From Prosthecobacter sp. (lineage in GTDB: Bacteria > Verrucomicrobiota > Verrucomicrobiia > Verrucomicrobiales > Verrucomicrobiaceae), in the NCBI GenBank assembly GCA_044373575.1, contig JBILPY010000001.1, positions 1-55,029 on the forward strand: a DNA stretch of 55,029 nucleotides. Reading direction: 5' to 3'. Both the position numbers and the translations under genes were made by a program. The stretch's first letter is position 1; every line of letters starts with the position of its first letter. The notes under the pieces are model-generated. The model searched no databases. It saw only the letters and a program-made list of their open reading frames with translations, and had not been told where the DNA came from. Positions 18,078 through 27,222 of this stretch are shown piece by piece.

Positions 18078-20771
18078 TTATTTGAGTGGCACGCCGCTCA
18101 CATCGAGATCGGGCTTCGTGTTCCAGCGTGGCTTCCACTCGGGCTTTTCGACTTTGGTGCGGAAGATGACGGTGTTGTCGAGGGCGATGTCGTCGGTCCA
18201 GATGAACTTGGCGCCTTCGAAGTCGTTGTCGAAGTAGGGTTGCTTGGGATCGACTTCTTCGACGGTGTATTCTTTGGCGTTCTTCCAGGTGCTGTCGTCG
18301 AAGTCGATGGACCACCAGTTGGCAGGGAGTGGGGCTTGAATGACTTGGGGGGTGGCGGTGTCGCCTTTGACGGGGCCGTGGAAGAAGTTTTTGGCTTTCC
18401 AGGTCGCGTTGGTGACGGTGCCGTCGGCGAATTTGATGCAGAGGCCGCCGTCGCCGATGCTGGTGCCGTATTCCATGCCGGTTTTCGGGTCCGCGTTGTC
18501 TTGGGCGAGCACGGCGATGGTCATCGGATACTCGGGGAGGAAATCGACGGTGACGACGTTGTGCGGTGTGAACTGGATGCTGTCCACGGCCACGAGGCGG
18601 CCGTTGACGTAGAGCATGAACCAGTTGTCGGCATAGACGTTGAGTTTGATCGTGTCGGCGATGCTGGGCTTCACGAGGCCGGGCGGGCCTCCTTTTCCTT
18701 TGCCGCCGCCTTTTTTGGGTTCTGCGGCAGCAGGTGGCGGTGGGGGTGTTTCGGCAGTTTTTGGTCCGACTTGTCCGACTGGTCGGACCTGTCCGACGCT
18801 GCCACCACTGACATGAATCACTCGCAGTGACGAACTCGCGATGACCTTTCCTTGCATCGCGGCGAGGAGTTCTTCGCGTCCGGGCTTGCCAGCGACTTTG
18901 AGCGGCTCGGACAAGGCATAGAGCGTGATCACGTAGGTCTTCGCGCCGGGGCCTTTCGACATGGGCGGTTCGTAGCCGATTTCGCCTTTGAAGCCTGTGC
19001 CGAGCTTGCCGATGTCGGTGACGTTCTTTGGCAGGCTCAAGGCGTTGGCCGGAATGTCGTAAACCGTCCAATACCACTTCCGATCTCCATCGGGCGTGAC
19101 GTGATCCATGATCAAGGCGTAGCCTTTCGTGCCTGCGGGTGCGTCATTCCATGCGAGCGGGGGGCTGATGCCGTCGCCATCGCCGGTGAACTCGGTGGGC
19201 AAGGCTTGCAGGTCTTCGACGACGGGGCTGCTGAGCGTGAAATTGCCATCGCTGCTGCGAGGTTGATCTGGAAGCGCGACGAAGGCCTGCCCTTTGCCTC
19301 CGCGTTCACCACCGCCGCCTTTCTTCATCTCTTCGCGGGCCGGTGGCTCGTCGCCACGGGGCCTCGGGGCGTCACCGGCAGGTGCGTTGCCAGCGAGTTC
19401 GTTCAACTCCGGCGTGTCGAGCTTGCCATCGCGATTGTGATCGAAGGTATTGAACTGCTCTTTGGCTTTCGCCATCGCTTCGGGGATGGCGATGCCTTTC
19501 TTCGCGGCATTCGACTTCGCGTTATCGGCAAACTCCTGCGGAGTGACGACGCCGTCGCCATTCACATCGAGGATGCCTTCGATGGCGGCCTGCGGACGCG
19601 GAGGACGGCCGCCTTCTTCGCCGGGACGCGGCGGAGGCTCATCACCTGGGCGCATCTCGCCCTCGCGACCACCTTTGCCTTGGCCCTTGCCTTTTCCTTT
19701 GCCCTTCATGCCCTCGGGGCCACCACCGGGCGGACGATCACCACCACCGCCGCCACCTTGACGACGTGCGGTGTAAACTTCATCGGCCGTGCCATCGCGA
19801 CCATTATCAAAGTGGAAGGGATAGGTGCCGTCGGCCTTGATCGAGTAGCTGACGCTGCGCTTGTCGCCATTCACGTCGTAGCTGAGTTTGTAGCTGTCCT
19901 TGCCGGTGCTTTCGAAGGCGGTGATCTTCGCCCCGCGCAGCGCGGTCAAAGCCTCACGAACACCTTGAGCGCGCGGCTGCGGATCGACCTGCTCGCCTGC
20001 CTCCACAACCTCGCCATGGAAGCCGCCGATGACATAAGGATACTTGTTCGAGGCATGATAATGATAGCCGCCGGGCGCTTCATGGCCATGGCATGCATCC
20101 AGCTTACCCACAGGCGAGCCATCCGGCTCCGTGAGACCGTAGATCGGATAACCATCCAAGGCATACGCCACTGGCATGCCTTTCCCTGCCTGCGCCTGCA
20201 AATGCAGCGGTGTGATGTGATAGTGGTAATCATCCGCACGACCGCAATGTCCGCCCCACTGGTCCAACTCGCCAATCTCTTGCGCCACCTCACCACGATT
20301 GTTTTGGGGATTGAAGATCGGCACGCCATTCACCGCCAGAGCAATGGCTCCGCGCAGAAAGCGACCCTTGATCATCGCAGGTTCCTTTGCCGGCACGGGC
20401 TTCAACGGGATCTGCCAAGCATTGTCGTCGAAATATTTCTGGGGCAGAGGCACCTGCTGCTGCCAGGCCGTGATACCGACCATCATGTTATGATCGGGCA
20501 GGCCATTTGAACCGACATAGAGAAACTCTCCATCTGCCCGCAGATCGAGCTTCGTGAAGGGCAGGAAGGCTTTCGCCGTCGCTGGAGCATTTGCGGTATT
20601 CGCCACCGCAGCAGCAGCGAGTTGAAGCGTGGAGGCCGTAGAGGCCACTTCGACATACTCTCGCTTCCACTCTTCCAGAATGTGAGCTCGCAGCACCTCC
20701 CGGTCGATAGTGGCCAGATCATGCGCGGCGAGGCTCGTCGCGAGCAGGAGAAGGACGGAGAGCGTTTTCAT
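18078..20771 (-). CDS. Exported multidomain protein: YHYH domain, EF-hands, YbhB/YbcL (PEBP) domain and a C-terminal beta domain
   Basis: GHCGRADDYHYH, YALDGYPIYG, GYHYH; DVNGDG and DHNRDG loops; SPPLAW..P.GTK.YALIM, WTVYDIP, YEPPMSKGPG. Confidence 0.85.
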   Translation of the reverse strand: MKTLSVLLLLATSLAAHDLATIDREVLRAHILEEWKREYVEVASTASTLQLAAAAVANTANAPATAKAFLPFTKLDLRADGEFLYVGSNGLPDHNMMVGITAWQQQVPLPQKYFDDNAWQIPLKPVPAKEPAMIKGRFLRGAIALAVNGVPIFNPQNNRGEVAQEIGELDQWGGHCGRADDYHYHITPLHLQAQAGKGMPVAYALDGYPIYGLTEPDGSPVGKLDACHGHEAPGGYHYHASNKYPYVIGGFHGEVVEAGEQVDPQPRAQGVREALTALRGAKITAFESTGKDSYKLSYDVNGDKRSVSYSIKADGTYPFHFDNGRDGTADEVYTARRQGGGGGGDRPPGGGPEGMKGKGKGKGQGKGGREGEMRPGDEPPPRPGEEGGRPPRPQAAIEGILDVNGDGVVTPQEFADNAKSNAAKKGIAIPEAMAKAKEQFNTFDHNRDGKLDTPELNELAGNAPAGDAPRPRGDEPPAREEMKKGGGGERGGKGQAFVALPDQPRSSDGNFTLSSPVVEDLQALPTEFTGDGDGISPPLAWNDAPAGTKGYALIMDHVTPDGDRKWYWTVYDIPANALSLPKNVTDIGKLGTGFKGEIGYEPPMSKGPGAKTYVITLYALSEPLKVAGKPGREELLAAMQGKVIASSSLRVIHVSGGSVGQVRPVGQVGPKTAETPPPPPAAAEPKKGGGKGKGGPPGLVKPSIADTIKLNVYADNWFMLYVNGRLVAVDSIQFTPHNVVTVDFLPEYPMTIAVLAQDNADPKTGMEYGTSIGDGGLCIKFADGTVTNATWKAKNFFHGPVKGDTATPQVIQAPLPANWWSIDFDDSTWKNAKEYTVEEVDPKQPYFDNDFEGAKFIWTDDIALDNTVIFRTKVEKPEWKPRWNTKPDLDVSGVPLK
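18764..18797. repeat. Four 9-bp-period GTC(C/G)GAC units inside a coding linker
   Basis: gtccgac-tt-gtccgac-tg-gtcggac-ct-gtccgac, translated as VGQVRPVGQVG. Confidence 0.6.
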
Positions 20772-20795
20772 GGTGTGTGATTCTAACCGCAGGCT

Positions 20796-20844
20796 AGTCA
20801 GGATGGCTTCAGTGATTCAGCGGAGATTTGTCGGGATTGTGTAA
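20796..20844. promoter_or_regulatory. Conserved 49-bp upstream element, copy 3
   Basis: AGTCAG-gatggc-TTCA-N16-TTGTCGG-gattg-TGTAA; 24 bp from the ATG at 20771. Confidence 0.75.
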
Positions 20845-20859
20845 GGGCGATGCAGACGT

Positions 20860-23800
20860 TCACTGAGTCGCCACCTTGATCCGAACAAACTTCTTCGCAG
20901 CGCTGCTCATGGCGGGAAGGACACGCACAGTCACTGTCTCTGTGATGCCGTCAGAATTAGCGATGATGCTGACGGGTTCGGAGGTGACTCCGGGGGATGG
21001 CCAGGTGGTGAGGTCATCACTGATCTCGACGGTATAAATGAGGTCCAGCGCTCCGATGCGCCTCGGATAGCTGACTTCGAGATACTTCAATCCATCGCCA
21101 GTTTTGGTGACGGCTACTCCTTGGAAAGGATCGACATCATTCGTCTGCGGACTGGTATTGAAGGCATACTCCAGCAGATTGCTCCGGCCATCTTTGTCGA
21201 TGTCGCCAAGAGGACCATTGATCACAGCGTTGCTGTTGGGGTCGATGCCGTTGGCGATTTTCCACGCATCGGGAACGCCGTCGTCTTGGGTGCTTACGGG
21301 CTTGAGGACGGTGAGCTCGCCTGCGGCACTGGTCACGGAGCCGTTGGTGCTGCTGACGATCACGTCGTAGTCAGCGGTGTGGGTGCTGTTGGCGTTCGTG
21401 AGAGTGAGCGTGGCCATGAAGACGCCGTTCACGTTGACGCCGGTGTCGGTGATTTGGTAGTAGCTGGTCGCGCCGCTGATGGGGGTGCCGTTCTTCCGCC
21501 ACTGCACGCTGGGGACTTTGCCATAGCTGGTGAAAGGTGCGTAAAGGGTGATGCTGCTGCCCTGTTGAACGCTTTGCGTCTGCGGTGCCTCGCCGATGTG
21601 AGGTGGGTAGTTCTCGGGCGTGATGTTGGTGATGGAGGTCGTGAGTGTGGTGATGATCATGGCATACGCGGCATTGGCGGCGAGATCGGTGGTCTCATAC
21701 GGATCATCCGTCATGTTGAAGAGCTCGTTCGTCACAGGCGGGCCTTTGGTGCGGATGAGTTTGAACATCTTGCTGCCGCCGAGGACGGGATCGGTGAAGG
21801 TGTTGAGCGCGGCGGGTTTCGCTACGGAGGTCACGAGCGTCGATGGACGCTGCACACCATTTGGGTTACTGCTGTTGATGGAAAGCAGTGCAGGCCAGAG
21901 GTTCAGGCCATCAAACTGCTTGGTGTTCTGCGGCGTGACGCCGGTGGCGGCGCAGAGCGTGGGAAAGATGTCGCCGACCCAGACATACTGATTGCTGATG
22001 ACGTTGGTCGCCAGCACGCCGGGCCAGCGGATAGAGGCTGGCGTGTGGATGTTGCCGCCGTCGTAGCTGTCTTGATTTTTGGTGCCGCGCAGGGGATCAT
22101 TGATGGAGCCGGTGGGTTCGTTGCCGCCGTTGTCGCTCATGAAGACGACGATGGTGTTGTTGGCGATGCCTGCGGTGTCGAGTGCGCCGAGCACTCGGCC
22201 CATGGCGACATCCATGCAGTCCACGGCGGCGCAAAGTGTGCGTCGTGCGGTGTCTGTGACACCGAGGTTTTGATACTTCGTGATGTAGCTCTGCGGTGCG
22301 GAGACGCCCGCATGGACGGCATTGAAAGCGAGGTAGAGCAGGATGGGCTTCGATGGATCACGATTCTGGATGAGCGAGACGGCCTTGTCGGCAAGCAGGT
22401 CGGTGGAGTGTCCGCCATTGCCTTGCAGGTCGGTCGTTTCGTTCTGGGTGACTCCATTGAGCCACCAATCGACGGCAGTGTTGAGGCCGGGATCGTTCGT
22501 GCGGTGCGTGAAGTAATTGATGGCACCGCCATACTGGCCGTAGTGGATGTCCCAACCGCGATTGTGCGGCAGGTAGGCATCACTTTCCTGCTTCACGGTG
22601 AATGTCGTGCCATTGAGCGTAGTGGTGTTGATGTTGTTTGCCCAGCCTCCGATGTGCCACTTGCCGCACATGTAGGTCTGGTAGCCAGCGGCTTTGAAAG
22701 TTTGCGGCATGAGGTGCTCGCTGAGGTCCAGTCCTCGATTGTTGCCGGTAGCGGTGCGAATGGTATTTCGACCGGTGAGCAAGCATGAGCGGGTGACGCT
22801 GCAAACCGGGGTGGCGTAGAACTTTTCCAAGCGAATGCCATTCGTCAGGAAGCCATCCATGTTGGGTGTTTGAATCGGCACCTGGCCAGCGGCGGTGTGA
22901 TAGCCGACATCGCCCCAGCCTTGGTCGTCGGTGAGAATGATGACGACGTTCGGTGGTGTGGAAAAGGCGCTGGTCGTGTAGCTGCCCGCATTGGTGATCG
23001 TCGTTATTTGACCATTGCTGTCCGTCGCAGCGATGGAGTAGGTGATCGTGGTGCCTGAGACTTGCGCTGGGATTTGGGCCGTGAAGGTGCCGCCATTCGC
23101 AGGGCCGCTCATCGTCACCGGAGTCGGCGCTGAACCGGATGTCGTGACGATCACGATGTCATCAATGTTCACCGTCGATCCTGTGGGGCCGCCAACACCA
23201 TTGCCGACAAAGCCGAATCGCATCTTCAGTGTGCTCGTGAGATCAGCGGCTTGAAGATCATAGTGATACAACTGGTAGCCGTGCACGCTTGCGGTGAACT
23301 CCGATAAGCGCTCCGTGAATGTCGTGCCATTCGGCGCGAGCTGGAAAGACCAGCCGTTTGCGCCCGTGAGTCCGACCGTGCGCACCCAGAACTCGACATA
23401 GTTCGTGGTCGTCGATCCGCTGGTGAAGGTGCCCGTGGCATTGATCGCATTCGTCGTCGTGATCATCGTGCGCGTCGGGTCCGTAGTCGCAGCTGATCCC
23501 TTGCTAAAGACCACTCCGCAACTGCCGGTGATGCCGGTGGTGTGATTCGATGTGCCCGCCGTCTGCTTGATATTGCCCGCGCCATCCTGGGAGTTCACCG
23601 TCCACGCATACGTCGCCCCTGAGCCATCCCAGCCGCCTGTTGCGGTGGCCGTGGTGGACATCGGTTCATTAAAGATGGTGGCCGTTGTCTGCGCTCCTGT
23701 GCTGTAGGTCAAAGTGGCGCTGGTGACCGTGGCACCACTGGCGGGTGTGATCGTAGCGCTGACCGTCGTGGCTGCGGTGGTTGGCACGGGGGGTGTCGTG

Positions 23801-26415
23801 ATGATGCCAGTGATCGTCGGAGCGGGAATGGCACCCGTGCCTGTGAGAGCGATGTCAAAAGCCGAGCCCACGCTGCTGTCACTGCTGGCGATGTGCAAAG
23901 CGGCTGTCTTCGCCCCGGCGCTGCTTGCATTGAACTGCACGACAAAATCCGAAGTCGCTCCGATGGCGATGCTCGATGCTGGCGATGTCGTCACGGTGAA
24001 GAGCGAGCTGTGCGTGCCGTCGATGCTCAAGCTGATGCCCGTGAGCGCTGTGGTGCCGTTGTTCGTGATCGTGAAGGTCTTCGACAGTGTGCTGCCCACA
24101 TTCACGCTGCCATAGCCGACCGTGCTGAGGCCATCCGTTAGCGTCGTGGCACTCTGCGACACCGCGATCTGTGTCGGCGTGAGTGCGGCTGTGCGCACGG
24201 CAAATACTGGATACGACGAGGTCTTCGGCTCGTGGCTGATGATGCCCTGCGCATTGCGTGGCGGTGTGGAGGTCGTATTCAATCCAAACTCCACGACCAG
24301 CGCGGCGAGCGCGTCATTGTTCTGCGTGGTAGAAGTCCAATACGAAGTCGCCGTGGCCGATGGGAAGAGCAAGCGATGCGCTGGCGGCCTGATGTTCGTG
24401 AGGCTGGTGAAAGTGGTCATCGTGTAATCCACCAGCGACTCCATTTCCTTCACGTTCGGCATGCGCCAGTCACTGAAGCCCGCATCCGTGAGTCCTTCGA
24501 TGTCTGCCAAAGCAGCCGCCCAGCTCGCCGCCGTGCGAGGCACCTGCTTCCACATCAAACCCGTGTCGAGGTCAGTGACGGTGCCGTCATTGTTGCTCAC
24601 ATAGTTGTGGCCGTTCGTCTGCTTGGCACCGCGAACATAGCGTGCGTGGTAGCGCAGGGTGCCGCCAGCGCTGATCGTTTCCGACTTCGGCTTCGGCCCC
24701 AGACCGCCGCCTTCATTCGTGCACCACACATTCGTCGTGCTCGTGCCGTAAAGATCGCTGCTCCACCAGTAGCCCGCCCGTGCCACGGGATTGTTCGGGA
24801 AGTAGGCCGTGTTCAGGGCCGGGTTCGATACCTGATGATTGAACAGACAGAACAACTCATGCAGTGTTGGCAGCCGCCAATCATTGTAGCCGCCCGTGGT
24901 CACGCTCGCCGCATTAGCGACGGCGTTTTCCCAAGTGGACTCGCCATTGTCCACGCTCTGCCACATCAGGCCGGTGACGTTGTCGGTGATGGTGCCGTTG
25001 CTGTTGTTGGTGAAAGCCTGGGCATTGATCGTGTAGTCGCTGTCCTCGCCATCACCTGCCGAACCGGTGAAATTGCCCGTCTGTGAGGTGTCCGGCAGCG
25101 CGATCATGCTTTTCCCGCTCATCGGGTAGGTGGTGACGCGATTGCCATTGCTCGTGTAAGTGGTCGTCGTCGTGCCTGTGGTCGGATGCCGATAGGTCAT
25201 CGTGTAGCTCTTTGGCACCGCTTTGCGATTCAATCGCCAGCACACATCATACGTCACGCTGCTCACCGTGTAGCGCATGAGGAAATCATCCTCGCTCGGC
25301 GTGCCGCTCGCGTTTTCCACAAAGTGACCGCTGCCATCCACGCTCAGCGCCACGGGATTCTTGAAGGCGATGATCGCCGCACCAGGCACCTGCTGCGCCG
25401 TGTAGCCACCCGTGCCCGAGGCACGCATGTTCGACACGTTCGGCTGTGGATCGATCTGCGAGTCAAAGTTCACCACCACGCCATGCATGGCATTCATCAT
25501 GAAAGGATTCGTCGGCGTCCAGCTTGCCGTGCCCGAGTTGTAAGTGCCCCGCGCATGATAGTGATAGCCCCAGGCGCCGTGATCGTGTCCGCCATCCGCA
25601 TCCAGCGTCTGCATCGGTGATCCATCCGGCTCCACATAGCCATACACCGGATAACCATCCAGCGCCCAGGCGATCGGTTTGTCATTCCCCAGCACAGGAA
25701 TCAAATGAACCGGATAAATGTGGTAGTGATAATCATCCGCCAGACCGCAGTGACCGCCATAGATGTCCAGCTCGCCGATGTCATAGCTGAACTGCCCCGT
25801 GTTGTTGCGAGGATTGAAAATCGGCACGCCATCCGACCCCAGCGCCACCGCTCCGCGCAGGAAATTCCCATTCAGCGAGATCGGCGATGCCGCAGGCACG
25901 GGCACCAGCGGCAGCTTCCACACATTCGGCTGACCAAAGCCCAGCGAGCCAGCGTTGTTCGTCCCATTTGTCGTCCCGATGAAATACGAAACCGGCATCG
26001 GCACCTGCTGCTGCCACGTCGTGATCCCCACCATCAGATTCGGCTGACGCGTGCGATCCGGGATGCCGTCCGACTCGATGTAAAAGTAGTTCGCGTCATT
26101 GTAGAACCGCAGTTTCGGCTTGAACGGCAGAAACGAAGCCGACATCAGCTCTCCATTCCCCGGAGCCGTCAAAGTCGAGCCTTGAGCGAGCATGGCGAAG
26201 TTTGTCATCATCGAGGCGACCTGCACCTGCTTCGTTATCACCGGCTTCGGTGTCGGCTTGTAGTCCACCTTCGCCAAAGCCATCCGCTTGGCCATAAACT
26301 CATCCGCGATGTGCTTTCGCAGCATCTCCTTGTCCATCGGCAGCCCGCTGGAGTCGGTGGTATGAGCATGCAGCGCTAGTGGCGCGAGGCAGAGAAGGGC
26401 AACAAAAGGTTTCAT
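20860..26415 (-). CDS. Giant exported fusion (1851 aa): YHYH, two DUF1566/Lcl domains, Ig-like domains, sulfatase, Ig-like domain, C-terminal putative sorting domain
   Basis: GHCGLADDYHYH and WGYHYH; twice NxxGT.TD..TGLMW..W...DWR(L/M)P..E; FTITNNGTTAL Ig-like; PNVVIILTDDQGWGD, CSVTR, GKWH, SDNG; VQWRKNG Ig. Confidence 0.85.
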   Translation of the reverse strand: MKPFVALLCLAPLALHAHTTDSSGLPMDKEMLRKHIADEFMAKRMALAKVDYKPTPKPVITKQVQVASMMTNFAMLAQGSTLTAPGNGELMSASFLPFKPKLRFYNDANYFYIESDGIPDRTRQPNLMVGITTWQQQVPMPVSYFIGTTNGTNNAGSLGFGQPNVWKLPLVPVPAASPISLNGNFLRGAVALGSDGVPIFNPRNNTGQFSYDIGELDIYGGHCGLADDYHYHIYPVHLIPVLGNDKPIAWALDGYPVYGYVEPDGSPMQTLDADGGHDHGAWGYHYHARGTYNSGTASWTPTNPFMMNAMHGVVVNFDSQIDPQPNVSNMRASGTGGYTAQQVPGAAIIAFKNPVALSVDGSGHFVENASGTPSEDDFLMRYTVSSVTYDVCWRLNRKAVPKSYTMTYRHPTTGTTTTTYTSNGNRVTTYPMSGKSMIALPDTSQTGNFTGSAGDGEDSDYTINAQAFTNNSNGTITDNVTGLMWQSVDNGESTWENAVANAASVTTGGYNDWRLPTLHELFCLFNHQVSNPALNTAYFPNNPVARAGYWWSSDLYGTSTTNVWCTNEGGGLGPKPKSETISAGGTLRYHARYVRGAKQTNGHNYVSNNDGTVTDLDTGLMWKQVPRTAASWAAALADIEGLTDAGFSDWRMPNVKEMESLVDYTMTTFTSLTNIRPPAHRLLFPSATATSYWTSTTQNNDALAALVVEFGLNTTSTPPRNAQGIISHEPKTSSYPVFAVRTAALTPTQIAVSQSATTLTDGLSTVGYGSVNVGSTLSKTFTITNNGTTALTGISLSIDGTHSSLFTVTTSPASSIAIGATSDFVVQFNASSAGAKTAALHIASSDSSVGSAFDIALTGTGAIPAPTITGIITTPPVPTTAATTVSATITPASGATVTSATLTYSTGAQTTATIFNEPMSTTATATGGWDGSGATYAWTVNSQDGAGNIKQTAGTSNHTTGITGSCGVVFSKGSAATTDPTRTMITTTNAINATGTFTSGSTTTNYVEFWVRTVGLTGANGWSFQLAPNGTTFTERLSEFTASVHGYQLYHYDLQAADLTSTLKMRFGFVGNGVGGPTGSTVNIDDIVIVTTSGSAPTPVTMSGPANGGTFTAQIPAQVSGTTITYSIAATDSNGQITTITNAGSYTTSAFSTPPNVVIILTDDQGWGDVGYHTAAGQVPIQTPNMDGFLTNGIRLEKFYATPVCSVTRSCLLTGRNTIRTATGNNRGLDLSEHLMPQTFKAAGYQTYMCGKWHIGGWANNINTTTLNGTTFTVKQESDAYLPHNRGWDIHYGQYGGAINYFTHRTNDPGLNTAVDWWLNGVTQNETTDLQGNGGHSTDLLADKAVSLIQNRDPSKPILLYLAFNAVHAGVSAPQSYITKYQNLGVTDTARRTLCAAVDCMDVAMGRVLGALDTAGIANNTIVVFMSDNGGNEPTGSINDPLRGTKNQDSYDGGNIHTPASIRWPGVLATNVISNQYVWVGDIFPTLCAATGVTPQNTKQFDGLNLWPALLSINSSNPNGVQRPSTLVTSVAKPAALNTFTDPVLGGSKMFKLIRTKGPPVTNELFNMTDDPYETTDLAANAAYAMIITTLTTSITNITPENYPPHIGEAPQTQSVQQGSSITLYAPFTSYGKVPSVQWRKNGTPISGATSYYQITDTGVNVNGVFMATLTLTNANSTHTADYDVIVSSTNGSVTSAAGELTVLKPVSTQDDGVPDAWKIANGIDPNSNAVINGPLGDIDKDGRSNLLEYAFNTSPQTNDVDPFQGVAVTKTGDGLKYLEVSYPRRIGALDLIYTVEISDDLTTWPSPGVTSEPVSIIANSDGITETVTVRVLPAMSSAAKKFVRIKVATQ

Positions 26416-26440
26416 GGCTGCCCTCAGACTGCCGGGAACG

Positions 26441-26489
26441 TGTCAGCCCCTCTTCACCAAGCCGAGGCAGAATTGTCGGATTTGTGTAA
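26441..26489. promoter_or_regulatory. Conserved 49-bp upstream element, copy 4
   Basis: TGTCAG-cccctc-TTCA-N16-TTGTCGG-atttg-TGTAA; 25 bp from the ATG at 26415. Confidence 0.75.
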
Positions 26490-26496
26490 AGACGTT

Positions 26497-27093
26497 TCAA
26501 CGCTGGCGGAACCAGCCCGTGATGCTCATGCGCGTCTTCTTTGCAGGAAGCACCTCGTGCCAGAAGTCTCCGGCCATGAAACAGACCAGCGTGCCCATGC
26601 GCGGCTCGATCAAAATGAAAGCCCCTGCTTTGCCCTCTGGTGTGGTCCATAGCTTTAACTCGCCACCATCCCCGGGCTGCCAGTTTGGATTCAAATAGAG
26701 AATGGTCGTCACAATCCGGTCATTCGTGCCCGCATGGCGATCTAAGTGTGCCTTGTAGAAGGCCCCTTCAGGATAGATGGCAAAATGGCCTTCATACTCA
26801 AACAAGCCGAGAAAGAAGCGCTGATTCAACGCCAGTCGCAGCAGTTCCAACTTCGCCAAATAGATGACCTGCTCCACGGATGCAGAGTCCGTTTGCAGCC
26901 ACATCACATGATCACCTCGGATGTCCTCACGCACTTGTAGATCCAGACCTCGACCCACACCCGCGCGTTTGAAATCACCTCGATCACTGGCTTCAGAGCA
27001 TTCCGTCCTCAGCCGCAACGAATGCGCCTCGTCGAGACATCCCGGCATCGAAGTCCAACCAAACTGGTCCATTGCATTGAGCATCTCGATCAT
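26497..27093 (-). CDS. 2OG-Fe(II) oxygenase (SM-20/prolyl-hydroxylase-like)
   Basis: IRGD, FYKAHLD, ILYLN.W.GGEL, HEVLP, R.SITGWF; start uncertain (ATG 27093 chosen). Confidence 0.9.
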   Translation of the reverse strand: MIEMLNAMDQFGWTSMPGCLDEAHSLRLRTECSEASDRGDFKRAGVGRGLDLQVREDIRGDHVMWLQTDSASVEQVIYLAKLELLRLALNQRFFLGLFEYEGHFAIYPEGAFYKAHLDRHAGTNDRIVTTILYLNPNWQPGDGGELKLWTTPEGKAGAFILIEPRMGTLVCFMAGDFWHEVLPAKKTRMSITGWFRQR

Positions 27094-27165
27094 CTGCCCA
27101 CCAGCGAGAGCGCCAGGGCATAAGCGAGACAAATCGTTCGTTGCTCAGGCTAAGAACAGAGAACT

Positions 27166-27184
27166 TTGTCAGCATCCGGTAAAG
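27166..27184. promoter_or_regulatory. Half copy of the conserved element in the divergent promoter region
   Basis: TTGTCAG-catcc-GGTAAA, about 40 bp upstream of the response regulator ATG. Confidence 0.55.
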
Positions 27185-27222
27185 ACGATGGCCCAGTGAT
27201 CAAAAGAGGGCACAGTTCGACC

